DNA of 63,050 nt, the filler included, from Hyphochytrium catenoides (Eukaryota; Protista; Hyphochytriomycota), in NCBI GenBank assembly GCA_900088475.1. It is 7 parts of 7 records of this genome, joined end to end, with 100 filler letters (N's around TTAATTAATTAA, not from the genome) between each part and the next. Parts side by side here need not be neighbours in the genome. Positions count along the whole stretch, not along the records: positions 1 to 27,238 come from FLMG01003672.1; 6 more parts are not named here. One strand, 5' to 3'. The position numbers and the translations under genes were made by a program. The number at the start of each line of letters is the position of its first letter. The stretch's first letter is position 1. This document shows, piece after piece, positions 12,974 to 24,902 of the stretch. The notes beneath the pieces were generated by a model, which saw only the letters and a list, made by a program, of their open reading frames with translations, searched no databases and had not been told where the DNA came from.

Positions 12974-13765
12974 TCATGAGAGGAAATCGTCCAAGTAGTC
13001 ACCATCGTCTTCATCGCTTTCCTTATCGCTGGCTCCTGTCTCCTTAATAGGGTCCTGCGCAGTGCGAAGGATTGTAAAGCTACTATCCCACGTTGTGGTG
13101 TCAGTCTCTTCTGCTTCCTCGCGTTGCTGTTCCTCTTGCTCTTCCTCTTCCTCTTGCTCTTCCTCTTCCTCTTCCACCTCCTCAGCCTCGTCCAAATCTG
13201 AGTCTACCTCATAGCCAAAGCCATAGTCTTCCTCATTGCTCTCCTGTCTCCCAGCATTGATCTTGTTTACCTCTATCTCTGCTGCACTGCGCGCTTGGTC
13301 CAATATCCCTCCCTTGTTTAGAATTTTCTCTCTGTCTTCCACTTGGAGCCATCCAACATCCATAAACTCCTGTCTGTCTACTCTTCCATTCTGCTCTCGT
13401 TCTTCCTCAAAAGAGTTGATCCTTCTCCTTAATCTTCTTCGTAGCTTTGAGGAGAGGCCTACAGGGACGCCGCTTGAAGGGACCGACGTTGTCCACACAG
13501 TCGGTTCAAACTCGAAGATGTGGGCTTCGTGGAAGACAATGCTCGTTCTCCGTTTCTTAGCGAGAGGACTGGAATGGTGAGCATCCAGGCAATGACTGGG
13601 ATTACATAGCTCCGTTGGAGAGCGAGAAGGTTGCTGCTCTCTCTGTTGTTGTGCATCTCCTTCTTTCTTGTCTATCGCGGCAGAAAGAAGCTCGAGAGAC
13701 ATGCCCTCGCAAACCTTTTCGCCCAGTTCTTCTTTCACTTTATCTTTTAGAGACTTCAGCACCAT
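12974..13765 (-). CDS. Intronless protein with CSRNP_N-like motif and acidic C-terminus
   Basis: Long open frame. KKRRTSIVFHEAHIFEFEPTVWTTSVPSSGVPVGL resembles the CSRNP N-terminal motif (V.F..V.V..F......SVPS.GG..LG), followed by QVEDREKIL and a poly-Glu tract. Confidence 0.65.
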   Translation of the reverse strand: MVLKSLKDKVKEELGEKVCEGMSLELLSAAIDKKEGDAQQQREQQPSRSPTELCNPSHCLDAHHSSPLAKKRRTSIVFHEAHIFEFEPTVWTTSVPSSGVPVGLSSKLRRRLRRRINSFEEEREQNGRVDRQEFMDVGWLQVEDREKILNKGGILDQARSAAEIEVNKINAGRQESNEEDYGFGYEVDSDLDEAEEVEEEEEEQEEEEEQEEQQREEAEETDTTTWDSSFTILRTAQDPIKETGASDKESDEDDGDYLDDFLS

Positions 13766-13954
13766 CTTGGCGGAAGACCCATAAAGATGTGACACCCAGC
13801 GTGAGAGAGATAGTAGAGAAAGAGAGGGAGAGAGAAAGAGAGAGAGAAAGAGGCAAAACAGAAGAGATCTGTCCGTCTGGGATGACGGTAACCCACCCCA
13901 ATAAGTGTTTGACTTCTCAGTAGCAGTTCAGAGGAGACCGAGCAAGAGGGAAAG

Positions 13955-14248
13955 ATGTTAGCGCTGGTGCTAGACGGTTGGAAAGAGAAGGCTGATGCAA
14001 GAGGAAGGGCTAAGAAGAGTCCAGCAACAGGTCTGGAGCGGAGAGACGTTGCCTTCTTTCTTCGAGAGACCAAAGAGCTTGCGAATGGCGATAAGATGAC
14101 CTTTCAGCCGGGCTCGGTGGCGTTCAAGTTCTTGGTGCCGGAGCGAGTGCGAAAGCTCTCTTTCCGGTTGATGAGTGATGGCAAAGCTGTCACACATCCT
14201 GCCTCAAGTCATAACCTTGGCTGTGGTGCGGTCTGCCTAGTTTCTTGT

Positions 14249-14317
<69 letters not shown>

Positions 14318-14677
14318 TTCTTACTCTCTTTCACCTCTATCCCATTTATCCCCTTCCTGTATCTGTCTCTCTCTCTTTCGCTCCCGGACTTTTCTCTCCG
14401 TGTGGCGACTCCTTTGCCTTCCTCCTTCATCGCTTCCACTCTTTCTCTTCTCATTGTGGCTCTCTCTGCCTCTCTTTCTCAATAGAAAGAGTCCAGAATC
14501 GAGCCAGACATAATCCAGTCCACAAGCCAACTGTAAGAGTCGTTAACGTCCAGCCTTCCGAATGTTTCGCTTCGTTACCTCTTATCTTTCCTCAAAGCTC
14601 TACTTCTTTCTAAGGAGATTCGGACGGAAAGGAAACATTCAGCCCTCGAAAGGAAAGCAAAATCAGCCGTTATATAG
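13955..14677 (+). CDS. Possible small hypothetical protein divergent from the CSRNP-like gene
   Basis: Protein-like first exon (MLALVLDGWKEK...RKLSFRLMSD), a (CT)n intron, then short exons at ~14486-14532 and ~14615-14677. These join in frame only if a GC donor is used. Confidence 0.3.
14249..14316. repeat. (CT)n microsatellite
   Basis: Visible near-perfect CT dinucleotide run; one of many in the window. Confidence 0.95.
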
Positions 14678-15526
14678 TCGCTAACGTGAAGGGTTTACCT
14701 CTTCTTCCTCAGCCATCACAAGCAAAGAAGATGAATTCACGGACGAAGAGAGAAGAGGAGAAGAAGGAACATTGACCGTCAGCAGTGGCCGACAGTGCCC
14801 TCATCCCATCGGGATCCCCACCATTAGAAGCCTCGCTGGTCGAGAACTCGGTTCTTCTTCAAAGAATGGCGGACAATAGATGTCTTTTCCCATAGATTTA
14901 CACAGCAGCAGGCAGTCATCGGCTTTTTTTATGACTCCTCCTCCATCATTAGTGGCAGGGGTCACACACATATTGTACTGATCAAGGAGAAGAGTTCAAA
15001 GACAGCAGCAGAAGTTTATTCTTGTCCTCATACTACTCTTTCTCTCAGCTTATTCTTCTCTATTAACTATTCATAACAGGAGGTGTGTTGTTGTCATCAT
15101 CATCATTATTCTCCTAATCCTTGCTCTCTGCTCATGATAATAGGCTGCCGCTGATATTATTGAGCAGCACCACCATCCATCAAGTCTCTGCCACCATTGA
15201 TCGTCAACCTTCTTATCTACTAGCACACACTTGGAAATCTTCATGTTCAGTCACAATAGCCCAGCGCGCAATAAGAGGCAGCAGGATGATGATGCCTCTA
15301 TCTCATTCTGCTGCTGGTAATAGAAGATGATCAACATTTGCATGCCCCACTAGTGCCCCATCAATCATTCTGATCCTTGTTTGCCCCCAACGCCGTTAGC
15401 CGCTTATAGCCGTTAGGCTTCTCAATACCGTTATTCTGGCCCCAGTGACTGATGATCTGACGATCTGACGATCTCCTCTCTCTTTTCCTAGTTTTCTCTA
15501 TTATCTCCTCTTTCTCTCTTTCTCTT

Positions 15527-15529
<3 letters not shown>

Positions 15530-15566
<37 letters not shown>

Positions 15567-15601
15567 GCTCTCGCGCTCTCTCTCTCTCACATACATCCTC
15601 A

Positions 15602-15639
<38 letters not shown>

Positions 15640-15659
15640 NNNNNNNNNNNNNNNNNNNN

Positions 15660-15688
<29 letters not shown>
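15530..15688. repeat. (CT)n microsatellite cluster with internal N-run
   Basis: Visible CT runs flanking N15640-15659. Confidence 0.9.
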
Positions 15689-15693
<5 letters not shown>

Positions 15694-15919
15694 GGTGGTC
15701 ACTCTCTAGTGATTGAACATCCTGATGACTGATGACGCCTTGAGAGGATGCCTTTCCCTTTCGTCACCCCCACCCTTGGTGTTGTCTTGCCCGTTCTCGT
15801 CTTTCTCTGCTCATCAGCCAGAAGATCCGCTGTTTCCTCTTGTCTGTTTGTTTTATTGGCTGCCATCTGTCTTTTTCCTCAGTGCAGTCGCCTCCCGACT
15901 ATTATTATCTCTGCATTAG

Positions 15920-18186
15920 ACAACAGATCCACTGATCTGCTACTCNNNNNNNNNNNNNNNNNNNNNNNNNNNNNNNNNNNNNNNNNCAACAAGGGTGTTT
16001 GGGATAGGTGATCACTAGGACATCTTCATCGTCTTCTGGGCCTTGCTGTTCTCTCCTACTTTTGTCTCTCTCTGTTTTCTCCATCTTACTGCAGGCTATC
16101 TGGTCCATAGTCTCAGAAGATTATCTATTTTCTACTCTGACGTTGCATTGTTTCTCTCTTGGTGCCGCACTGTGCATCGCCCTCTCTAATCTCTGCGTTG
16201 CTTTGGATCTCTTCCTCTCTAGCGATACTCAGACATTTCACGGTGGTCAAGACTGGAAGTTCCTCAGCAATTTTGTTGAAGATTTCAGCGTCACCACCAA
16301 TGGACTGGGCACACCTGCAGCAGCTCTTAAAGCTGCAGAAGAAGCTGTAAGGACCAGCGCTTGGTTGCTCTTTGGTTGATCACCGACTGCGTAGCCCGAG
16401 CCGCCTCTTTATAAGTCGCTATCTTCTCTGATCCTCTCCTAGTCTCAGCGATGGAGGACTTAATCTGTTGTCTCTCTCTCTCTGTCTGTCAGTGTGTCCG
16501 GTCTGCGTGGTACCCTTCTCTTATTAAGATTCACCTCCACTGGCAGAAGCACCTCTATTGTTGTGCTCTTATCCACTTGTCTTGGCCTCACTCCGCGTCC
16601 TCGGTCCCACCTTCTTGCTTCATAGTTGTCTTCGCGCATGTGGAGTGTGCCTCCATTTTGCTTTCTGTCTTTTTCTCTCTCTCATATCTTGTGGACACCT
16701 CCTCTCGTCCCAGGTGCATACGATCCACCACTATCCCCCGGCAGACTTCGAGCCTGCTCTGACTGACCTGGCGCGGTTCCTTTGGCCTGAGGATTGGGAA
16801 GCAAACCATCGCCTTCTCCTTCTTGGCAATGGAGCCTCAGAGCTGATTGATCTTGTCATTAGATGCGCACCCAAGGGTGGGTGGAGACCCGGCCCTACAA
16901 GGTAGGGGCCAAGGAAGTGCCGTCACCTCCGGTAGAAGGCGGGAAGAAGGGTCCTAGTATAAATGCACCAGAGAGAGAAACAAGAGTGTGAACGCAAGAG
17001 GAAGAGAGAACCAGACTTGCCAAAAGGACAAGAGAATGGGCATAGAACAGTGCGCCAATGCTGAAGATTGTGAAGAGACAGCAATCAATGTATTTGTGGT
17101 CCAAAAGTGTGACCCTTGGAGGCTGAGCCTTTCACCGCTGACGTAGCTGTCTCTCTTACCCTGATCCCTGTCTTATGCACCTGCGTGGACCACACCGTGT
17201 ATCTTCTCAAGGGTGCAGTACATGGAGTACTCACGCTCGGCCCAGGCAGATGACCGCCAGACTCTACCGGCGGGGGATCGCAGCGCTGCGCTGACCTGTA
17301 TGGTGAACCCCACGAACCCCACGGGCGATTATCTGAGGATCGACGAAATCAAGAAATATATCGAAGAAAACTGTGGGGAGAATCACACTGTTATCGTAGG
17401 TAAGTGTTTGGGCATCAGCTTGTTGCCCCTTCGCTGTCGGTAGAGCTTGACGCCTACGTATGTTGTCCTTTTGTCCTTCTTCTCTTGCTCCTCCTCCTCT
17501 ACGGTTCGCTCTTTCAAGATGAGAGCATGCAGCCATGGCTCGGCCCGCACTGGCGGTCTGACTCCCTCATTCATCAGAGAGAGTGGGCAGAAAGGCTCTC
17601 TAGGGAAAGAAAGATTCATGTTTGGGTCATGACAAGTTGGACCAAGATCTGGTATGTGGTTCACGTCCCAGGGACCTGGCTTTGTTGTGTCTCCTCCTTC
17701 TGTTCCTTGTCAGTCTCTCTCTCTGCCAATGTGTGAGGTTAATCATCTTCGCCCAGGTCCTGTACCGGCGTGCGATTAGGAAGCGTGGTTGGCCNNACTC
17801 GGGCTCCGTCAGTCTCCTCCTCCTTGCAGCTGTTAGCCTTATCCTCTGTTATTCGCTTGAGACCCATCCTTGCTGGTGCAATTGTGAATATCTGGCGGCT
17901 GACGGCCTGATCCACAGGGACGTCACCACCAATTGGCGCGCCTCGATGGTATCTCTTCTATCCAAGCGGTTTCCACAGTGGGAGATCTATGGTGAACCTT
18001 TCCTTTCCTGGTTGTGGATTGACACCAAGAGTGAAGAGCAAGCCGAGAAAGCTGTATCTCTCTCCAAGGCGCACGGAGTGCCTGTTCGGTCTGGAGCCCC
18101 AGGCTACAACCTACCGACCTACATTAGAGTGGCAGTGCGAAGTGAGGAACCGACCGCTGCACTGCTCAAGGCCTGGGAAAGCCTCT
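15920..18186 (+). CDS. PLP-dependent aminotransferase class I/II (HisC/CobD-like); start not located, stop hidden in N-run
   Basis: Spliced exons give TFHGGQDW...EDFSVTTNGLGTP, HHYPP...LLLGNGASELIDL, MVNPTNPTGD, VIVDESM, SWTKIWSCTGVRLG (PLP-lysine motif) and YIRVAVR. Confidence 0.9.
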
Positions 18187-18632
18187 NNNNNNNNNNNNNN
18201 NNNNNNNNNNNNNNNNNNNNNNNNNNNNCCAGGAAGAGGAGCAATGTACAGCCTCAGTGAAGCGGGAAGGGAGAAGATGGTGGGGATGTGGGGAAACTAA
18301 TAGGTCAAGGTCCAGTGTCCGCCCGACGCTGGAAGGCGAGAAGACAGAGTAAGGTCCAATAAGCAGAAGGGAAGCATCGAAAGAGAGAGCGACACATTCA
18401 TATGTGCCATAAGTCTTCCTAATAAGTAGCGCAACATTGCATGCCGTATACCTCACAGATGATAGGAAGACTGGTTGTCTGATTCTATGTACAGAGGCCT
18501 CGGGCCCTTAATAACAAAGTGAGAGGGGAAGTGTCTGATAGAGACTCTAAAACGAACTTCCTACTTCCTCTCGGCCCAACTCTCTCTCTCCTCTCAACCC
18601 CGGTGGCAAAGAGAGGGAGAAGGCGAAACCTT

Positions 18633-18718
18633 ACGTCCTTTCGTCTTAAAGAAGGAAGGCCTTCTCTCTTCTCTGATCACGTCCTCTCGTCTTAAAGAAG
18701 GGAGGCCTTCTCTGATCA
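18633..18718. repeat. Two-copy tandem repeat (~46 and ~40 bp) between convergent 3' ends
   Basis: acgtcct(t/c)tcgtcttaaagaagg(a/g)aggccttctct...gatca occurs twice. Confidence 0.85.
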
Positions 18719-18771
18719 TGCGCGCGCGAGAGAGAGAAAATGGGCGAAGCGGTAAGAAGGGAATAGATAAA

Positions 18772-20593
18772 TTAGAAAGCGTTGCCGCACATCATAAGAA
18801 GCTCTTTCTCTGTGCGAGGAGAAGGAGCAAGAGTTCTTCTCTTGTATCCATAGGATGGGATATCCCAGCACATATTGCGGGGAGAGTCCACATGGGGATT
18901 TAGATTCTCTATCCCTGCCCGCAGTTCCGAAGGTAGCTTGGAGAGGATAGGAGCGTGGTGGACGTACTTCCTCCTAATCTCTCTCATCGCCAGGATAGCG
19001 AGAGAAGGAGGAGAGAACGTGAAGCGGTAGCGGTATACATCGTTGCTCCTGGAGTGACCGTTGGACCCTCCAAAAACGAACATTTGGCCGTTGTAAGTTG
19101 CACTGGCGTGAAAATCTCTGGGGCATGGCCCTCCCACACTCTCTATTTTGGTCCATTGGATGCCTAAGAGATAAGAAAGAAAGAGAGAGAGAGAAAGGAA
19201 AGGAGGAAGAAAGAGAGGGATAGGGGAACTTAGTGACTTGGTCTTGAGGAACATATGCTCTTCACGTTTCTGCCTTACCACGATCAGAGATGTCCAATTG
19301 CCAGAAATCGTTCAGCCTAGCTCCCTGCTCGTCTCTTCCTCCAAACATTAACACCCGATTAGGGTTCTTGTCACATTGAACTGTGGTATGGGCAATCCTC
19401 GAGCGCGGCGCAGGGCCCTCACAGACCACTTTGGTCCACTTCAGAGTGTCATAGTCCAGCTCATAGATATCGATCGGTCCTGGAGGAGGGTCGTAGAGCC
19501 CTCCGCCTATGATGTACAGCTTTCTACCCGCAACCACAGCCTGGTGCTTGTATCTAAGAGGAAATGAAATTTATCAGCATCGGACACAACGAGCTGTCAT
19601 TGAAGAGATGAGGGGGTAACAGGCGGGAAGGAGTTGAACAGCGAATGCCAAGGGTGGAATAGCTTGAAAGGTGTCGGAAGAACGGAGTTAGTGGAGACTC
19701 TTAGCCTTGGAGCGTGAAGAAGAGGGAAGTCGAGCCCTAACGAATACGAAGAGTGCTGCAACTAACGTGAGCCAGTCCTTACCTTGCAGAAGGAATATGT
19801 CCGTGAGTGTGCAGAAACTCCCACTCTCCAGTTCTGGTGTCATACTTATAGATTCCGTTCTCATAGATATGGCCGCTCGTCCCGCCAAAGACGATCAGAT
19901 CGTGGCCTAGAGCAGAGATAGAGTGTCCATAGCCAGCATGAGGAGGGTTTCCCTTTGCAGGAGAGGCAGACCATTCCAAGGTGCTAAGATCTAATTCTAG
20001 AAGTCGCCCCATGTTGCTTCTGCCCCACTGAGGACCTGACCCGCCGAAGACATAAAGTTTCTTCTTGTCGGTTGAGGCGCACCAGCAGTGTGATGCTCTT
20101 CCTGCTGGCGGCTTGATGGTCTCCACCACCTCCCAGTGATGGCGGTCAAGGTCAAAAGCGAAAAGATCGTTGTGGCACTCTCCACCGTTGTAGCCTCCGA
20201 AGATCAGCATCTTGTTGCCGATAACTACGGAGGAGTGACCGCTTCGCACTGGGGGCGCAGCGCCAGAGCAGAAGATCTGTGTCCAGTTTGAGTCATCTAA
20301 AGAACCAAGAGGAGAGAGAGAGAGAGGAAGGAAGGCGAGACGCGTTAGTGCACCTGGCAAAGTGCTTTTTAAATAAAAAGGAACAAAAGAAAGCTGGAAG
20401 AACGCAGGAAGACAGGAGCCTAAGCTGAGAATACATTAGGTGCAAGGAGCGACAAAGGAGGACAAGGCAGCCTATCTGCTGCCTATCACTCTCTCTCCCA
20501 CTTTTGTTGGTCCCTACTCTCTTCTCCTGACTCACCTCTCTCTTCAAACAGCTCCTCCCTCCTTAGAGATGCTCCGTTATTGATCCTCCTCAT
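18772..20593 (-). CDS. Kelch-repeat beta-propeller protein with C-terminal BC-box/SOCS-box-like motif (KLHDC-like)
   Basis: Four exons with six Kelch units: RSGHSSVVIGNKMLIFGG, RASHCW...LYVFGG, GYGHSI...LIVFGG, RYKHQAVVAGRKLYIIGG, RIAHTT...VLMFGG, RDFHASATYNGQMFVFGG. These are followed by PPSLAILAMREI...LSKLPSEL. Confidence 0.9.
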
Positions 20594-21349
20594 GACCGCT
20601 CGGCATAGCGGCGATTGCGCCTGTCTGAACTTGCTAAGAAGTTCAAACATTCTATTGTTCCTATCGCGACCCGTAATGGTTCCTTAAGTGGACTATAAAC
20701 TTGGCCTAGAGCCTTGGCTGATAACGTAAAGGGAGATTGTGTTGATAGACCACAGTGAGACGCAGCGGAGATTGAAGCGAGAAGGAGGAGGAAGACTTGT
20801 GGGCGACTTTGCGCTCTTTGCTATGTCTGGACGCGACGCAACCACTTCGTTCGTCTCCTTTCTCTCTCTCTTTCTTTTCCGCGTATGGACTTCTTCTCCT
20901 CTTGCCGCAAAATGACGCAGAAAGAGACTACGAAGCGGTATGTTGGCAGTGCATCTTCACGGTCACCATGGCTTGCCGTGCCGATCTTCACTGGAGAGAA
21001 GAGAGAAATGGAGGAACTGATCCGTTGAGAATGTCTTTCGACGGCGGGTGAGCGGACGGAGGATATTTTTACATCCGCAACAGATCTCTTCCCTTGCAGA
21101 TCCCTCTCTACCCCTCACCCTCTCTCTCTTCTTTCCTTCCTTGTCTTGGCGCCAGTGCCGCTTGCCGTGCCAGAGGCGGCAAGGGCGCGGCAGAGGAGGT
21201 GAAGCGAGGATGAGATGGAGGGAAATGCGCTATCCTACAAGGTGGTGGAGGAAGCTTCTAAGTGATTGAGCGGCCACGCAAGGAACGACAGCATCAAAAG
21301 AGGCACGTGAGAGACAGATTAGCTAGTAAGGAAACAATATGCGCTCGAT

Positions 21350-21500
21350 CGCGAGAGAGAGGGAGAGAGGCAGAAGAGAGAGAGAGAGAGAGGAGAGACA
21401 GGGAGAGAGAGAGACAGAGAGGAGAGAGAGAGAGAGAGAGANNNNNNNNNNNNNNNNNNNNNNNNNNNNNNNNNNAGAGAGAGAGAGAGAGAGAGAGAGG
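21350..21500. repeat. (AG)n microsatellite with N-run
   Basis: Visible AG runs. Confidence 0.9.
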
Positions 21501-23800
21501 AAAATAAGAGGAAAGTGGGAAACGGAGCGAGTACAGAGGATGAGTGAGGAGGATGAGCAAGGTAAAGGTACAGGAGGCGGGCAGGCAAGGAGGATGATGG
21601 TGTGATGATGGGACAAAAAGCGGAAAAAAACTCTTGGGTCATGTCAAACGCATGTTGGAGACAAACTCATGGCGTTGTATGTACTACCAGAGTCTATGTA
21701 GCTAAGCACTAAACGCACTGTACTGTCTCACTCACTCATCTGTTACCTTTCGAGGCGGTGCGGGCAAGAGGGGTTGGAAGCACTTTTTGTCTGGCCTGTT
21801 CTACCTCAACAGCGTAGTAATACTATAGAGCCAGAAGGGGTTATCCAAGTGTTACCTGGTAGTAGTAATAACGTGAATTGACAAGTAGTCAAAGTTAATA
21901 TTATTACTTCTAAAGTCAGTGTTTTCTCTATGGGTTTCACCTTCTACCCAGATTATTGATGTCAAGCCATAGATTCTTATGTAGTGTTGCAGCTGGGGCA
22001 GTTTCGTCACCACTCGCCCAATTATTACTACTACCTCAACGATCTATTAGCTATGAGAAGGAACTATTATTACTCTAGCGAGAGATGGGGAGTTATTACT
22101 TGCTCGACTGGATGGGACCAAAGCCTAAGATATCTTTAGAACAGGGGAGGTGACACGGACAGCCCAGGGATCCAATCGGGCGAGACAGAGTAAAGCTAGA
22201 GAGAAGTAGAGTAGCTGAGGTGAGGGAGAAAGAGGAGCTATAGGGCTAAGGATTCCTCAGAGGTACCGGCATCACAGATAGAACGAGGGATGAAACAAAG
22301 AAGCTGATAGATGGACAAGAGATATGAGATATGAGATATGTCAAAGGCTTTGAGGAAGACTATGATAGAGATCGAGGCCAAATAATGCGCTTTCAAAGGT
22401 TGTGGAGAATGTGATAAAGGTTGAGAAAGGAGGAGGAATGAAGCGGAGATGCAATAATGGTTGAGATTATTCCTTCCTGCAATGTTTCTTAACATACAAG
22501 CTAAAGATAGAAATGTTCATGAGTCAGAGAAGAGGAAGAAGGACGGGAGACAAGAGCCTCTGGTCGACTGGCACTGTCTTTATATAGCCCCGAAGCGGTG
22601 CGAGGATCTGCGAGGAATCAGCTTGACGCTGCGGCGCTCTTCTGCATTTCGTGGGTGGCGTCTTGTGGGCGCTGCCACTGATGAGGCTTTTACCGCTAGC
22701 AATAGCCTAAGAGCACCATTGTGTGATTGAAGGATAGGCGGAGTCACTCTCTACTTATTCCATCGACTGTCTTTTCCCTCCAGTCCCAGGGGGAAGAACT
22801 ATACGGCCGCCTTGAGCGCCAAAAAACCCTCATTTGATGGTGCTTGCTAGTGTCTTTGAATGTTTGATCCCCCACAATCATCCCACAAAAAGTTGAAGGG
22901 TAAAGCCAGTAAGCTTTGTTGCACGTAGGTTCCTAGTACGAATAGCCCTACAAGATAAGGTTGGAAGTAGGAACTACTAGCGCAACAAAGTGACAAACGA
23001 TATCCTAACTTGAGCGAAAGTCGGGTGATTGCCTCTCGTGTGACCGCGAAAATTACTTACATACTAACTACTGGTGGCCGTCCACCCTCCTGCTATCGCG
23101 ACCCTGCCTTGAAGTACTTTCTCTTTCAAAGACTTATAGAATAACTGCAGAACAGCAGTCGTAACAGCTACGGCGGATGCTTTATGGTCAATACTCGGGG
23201 TCTAGGCACTGCCACTCTTTTATCCTCAGTCTCTTCCAAAGTAGAATTGGAGATGGCCCAAAGTTGGCCAATGCGAGGAGGTTCGGCGAAGGTCCAGCAC
23301 GAATGAGCATGATGCGGGCTAGCTCATGAAAGAAGTGAATCTCTAATCTTGATATAGTTTTCCAATAAACTTCCAATGCGGGGTCAATATAATGCAAGAA
23401 CTCTTTGTTATTGTTTCCTACTGTCCTGGTTTCTTGTTTAGAGCTTTACCGATCCATCATAGGTTCTATCCTAGCCCTAGCTGGAAAGAAGAGTCTGTGA
23501 AAATATGACGCTGCAGTGCAGCACTATTCCTACATCATGGACAAGAGACGACATCTGCAAGAAGAGCCGAGAGCCGTTCTTCCTTTTTAAGACTACGCTC
23601 TACTGTACGCGTCGCCTAACGACAATGAGAGTATCCCGTAATGGTATTAGAACCCCGTACCTTATTAGTTCTACCAGTGTTTTGGTGGACTACGTTGTAT
23701 ATATGCGATTGATGAACAGGAAGTAATGTTGGGGAAGTTGATCAGTGATGGCAAGCAGGTGAGGAAGTGGTTGGTCGTGCTTTTCCATTTATCGAAGCTA

Positions 23801-24010
23801 GTACCCCGAGTTGCTGATCCTCAGTTGCAAGCTCGCTTAGCTCGCACTGTTTTCTTCTGAGGTGCAAGCTATTTGTGAGGCTCTCACTTTGACTTGATTA
23901 AGAGGTGGTAGTACCAAGAGTTGATAATCCTCAACTGCAAGCTCGTTTACTACTACGCATTGTTGTTCACTTCTAAAGTGCAGCGCTATATTTGTGCGAT
24001 GCCGTCACTT
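23801..24010. repeat. Diverged direct tandem duplication, 110-bp period
   Basis: gtaccccgagttgctgatcctcagttgcaagctcg...ttctgaggtgcaagctatttgtg...tcacttt (23801) aligns with gtaccaagagttgataatcctcaactgcaagctcg...ttctaaagtgcagcgctatatttgtg...tcacttt (23911). Confidence 0.85.
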
Positions 24011-24902
24011 TCTAGCTTCTGCCTCGCTCATCAAGACGAACCTTCTTCTTGTTGCTCGTCAGGCAAGGTGTTACATTTCTCTTTGCAGAAAGAGGTCGAC
24101 ACTATTACAACAGCAGGCATCCTCCGTCTCTCGTTGCATTTATAGACTTTGATAGGCTGCTGGTCGGTGGTGCTGAACGTCACCTGTAGCTGAGCCACAT
24201 CGATGAGGGCAGCTCTTGCAAATTGATGACTGGAGAGAAAGAAGAAAGCATCAAAACCCATTCCCATCAACAATCTTTCAACGTTCTGATGATGTATGGC
24301 TAGCTGTCCCTACTTCCTCCAGGACCAAGTTGTCCCAAAAAAGGAACTGCTGTGGATGATGAAAGACTCTACTCTGGAAGGTCTCGAGGTTGTATTCACC
24401 TTTACAAGAGATTGAACCGGGCATGAGATAACTAGAGGCTTATCGGGAAATTGATTTTTGTAATTGGTCTTCTGCCTTTGTGTCGTTGATTTTCTGAAGA
24501 AGGAAGAAGATGATGTTTTCAAAAGGTCAACCACGCAGCAGCAGCGCAGCAGCAGCGGCAGCAGCTTGATGTGAGCTGCCTCGCTGCCTCATGATGGGGG
24601 AGCAAATGCCCTGCTAGAGGAGAGCTCAGTCACTAAGCTGCCCAGCGTGGAACTCGGAACGGAAGAAGGGCTACTGCAAGGAGCTAGAGCCGGAGCCGAA
24701 GCATCTCTAGAAAACTCTGCGACATTCAGCTGATTACGCCTCCAGGCATCCTCACTCTTGATGATATTTGAAGAGGGAGCCGGTTCCTAAGGGCTCTTGA
24801 TCAAGTTGATGTCGTGAGAACTCGCCGCTGCAATACCTGAAGAGGGATACGGAGGAAGAGGCCGCCTAGGGCCCTAAAGTTTAACCATAGCGGCCTAGGA
24901 AC

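Noticed and set aside
14209-14613. ORFs with poly-(LS)/(ER) here and at 21262-21642, 40490-41304, 44349-44727 and 57470-59445
   Set aside because: These are translations of CT/AG microsatellites in introns or intergenic DNA.
20797-21290. ORFs upstream of the Kelch gene
   Set aside because: Low-complexity, overlapping short ORFs with no motif or consistent exon structure.
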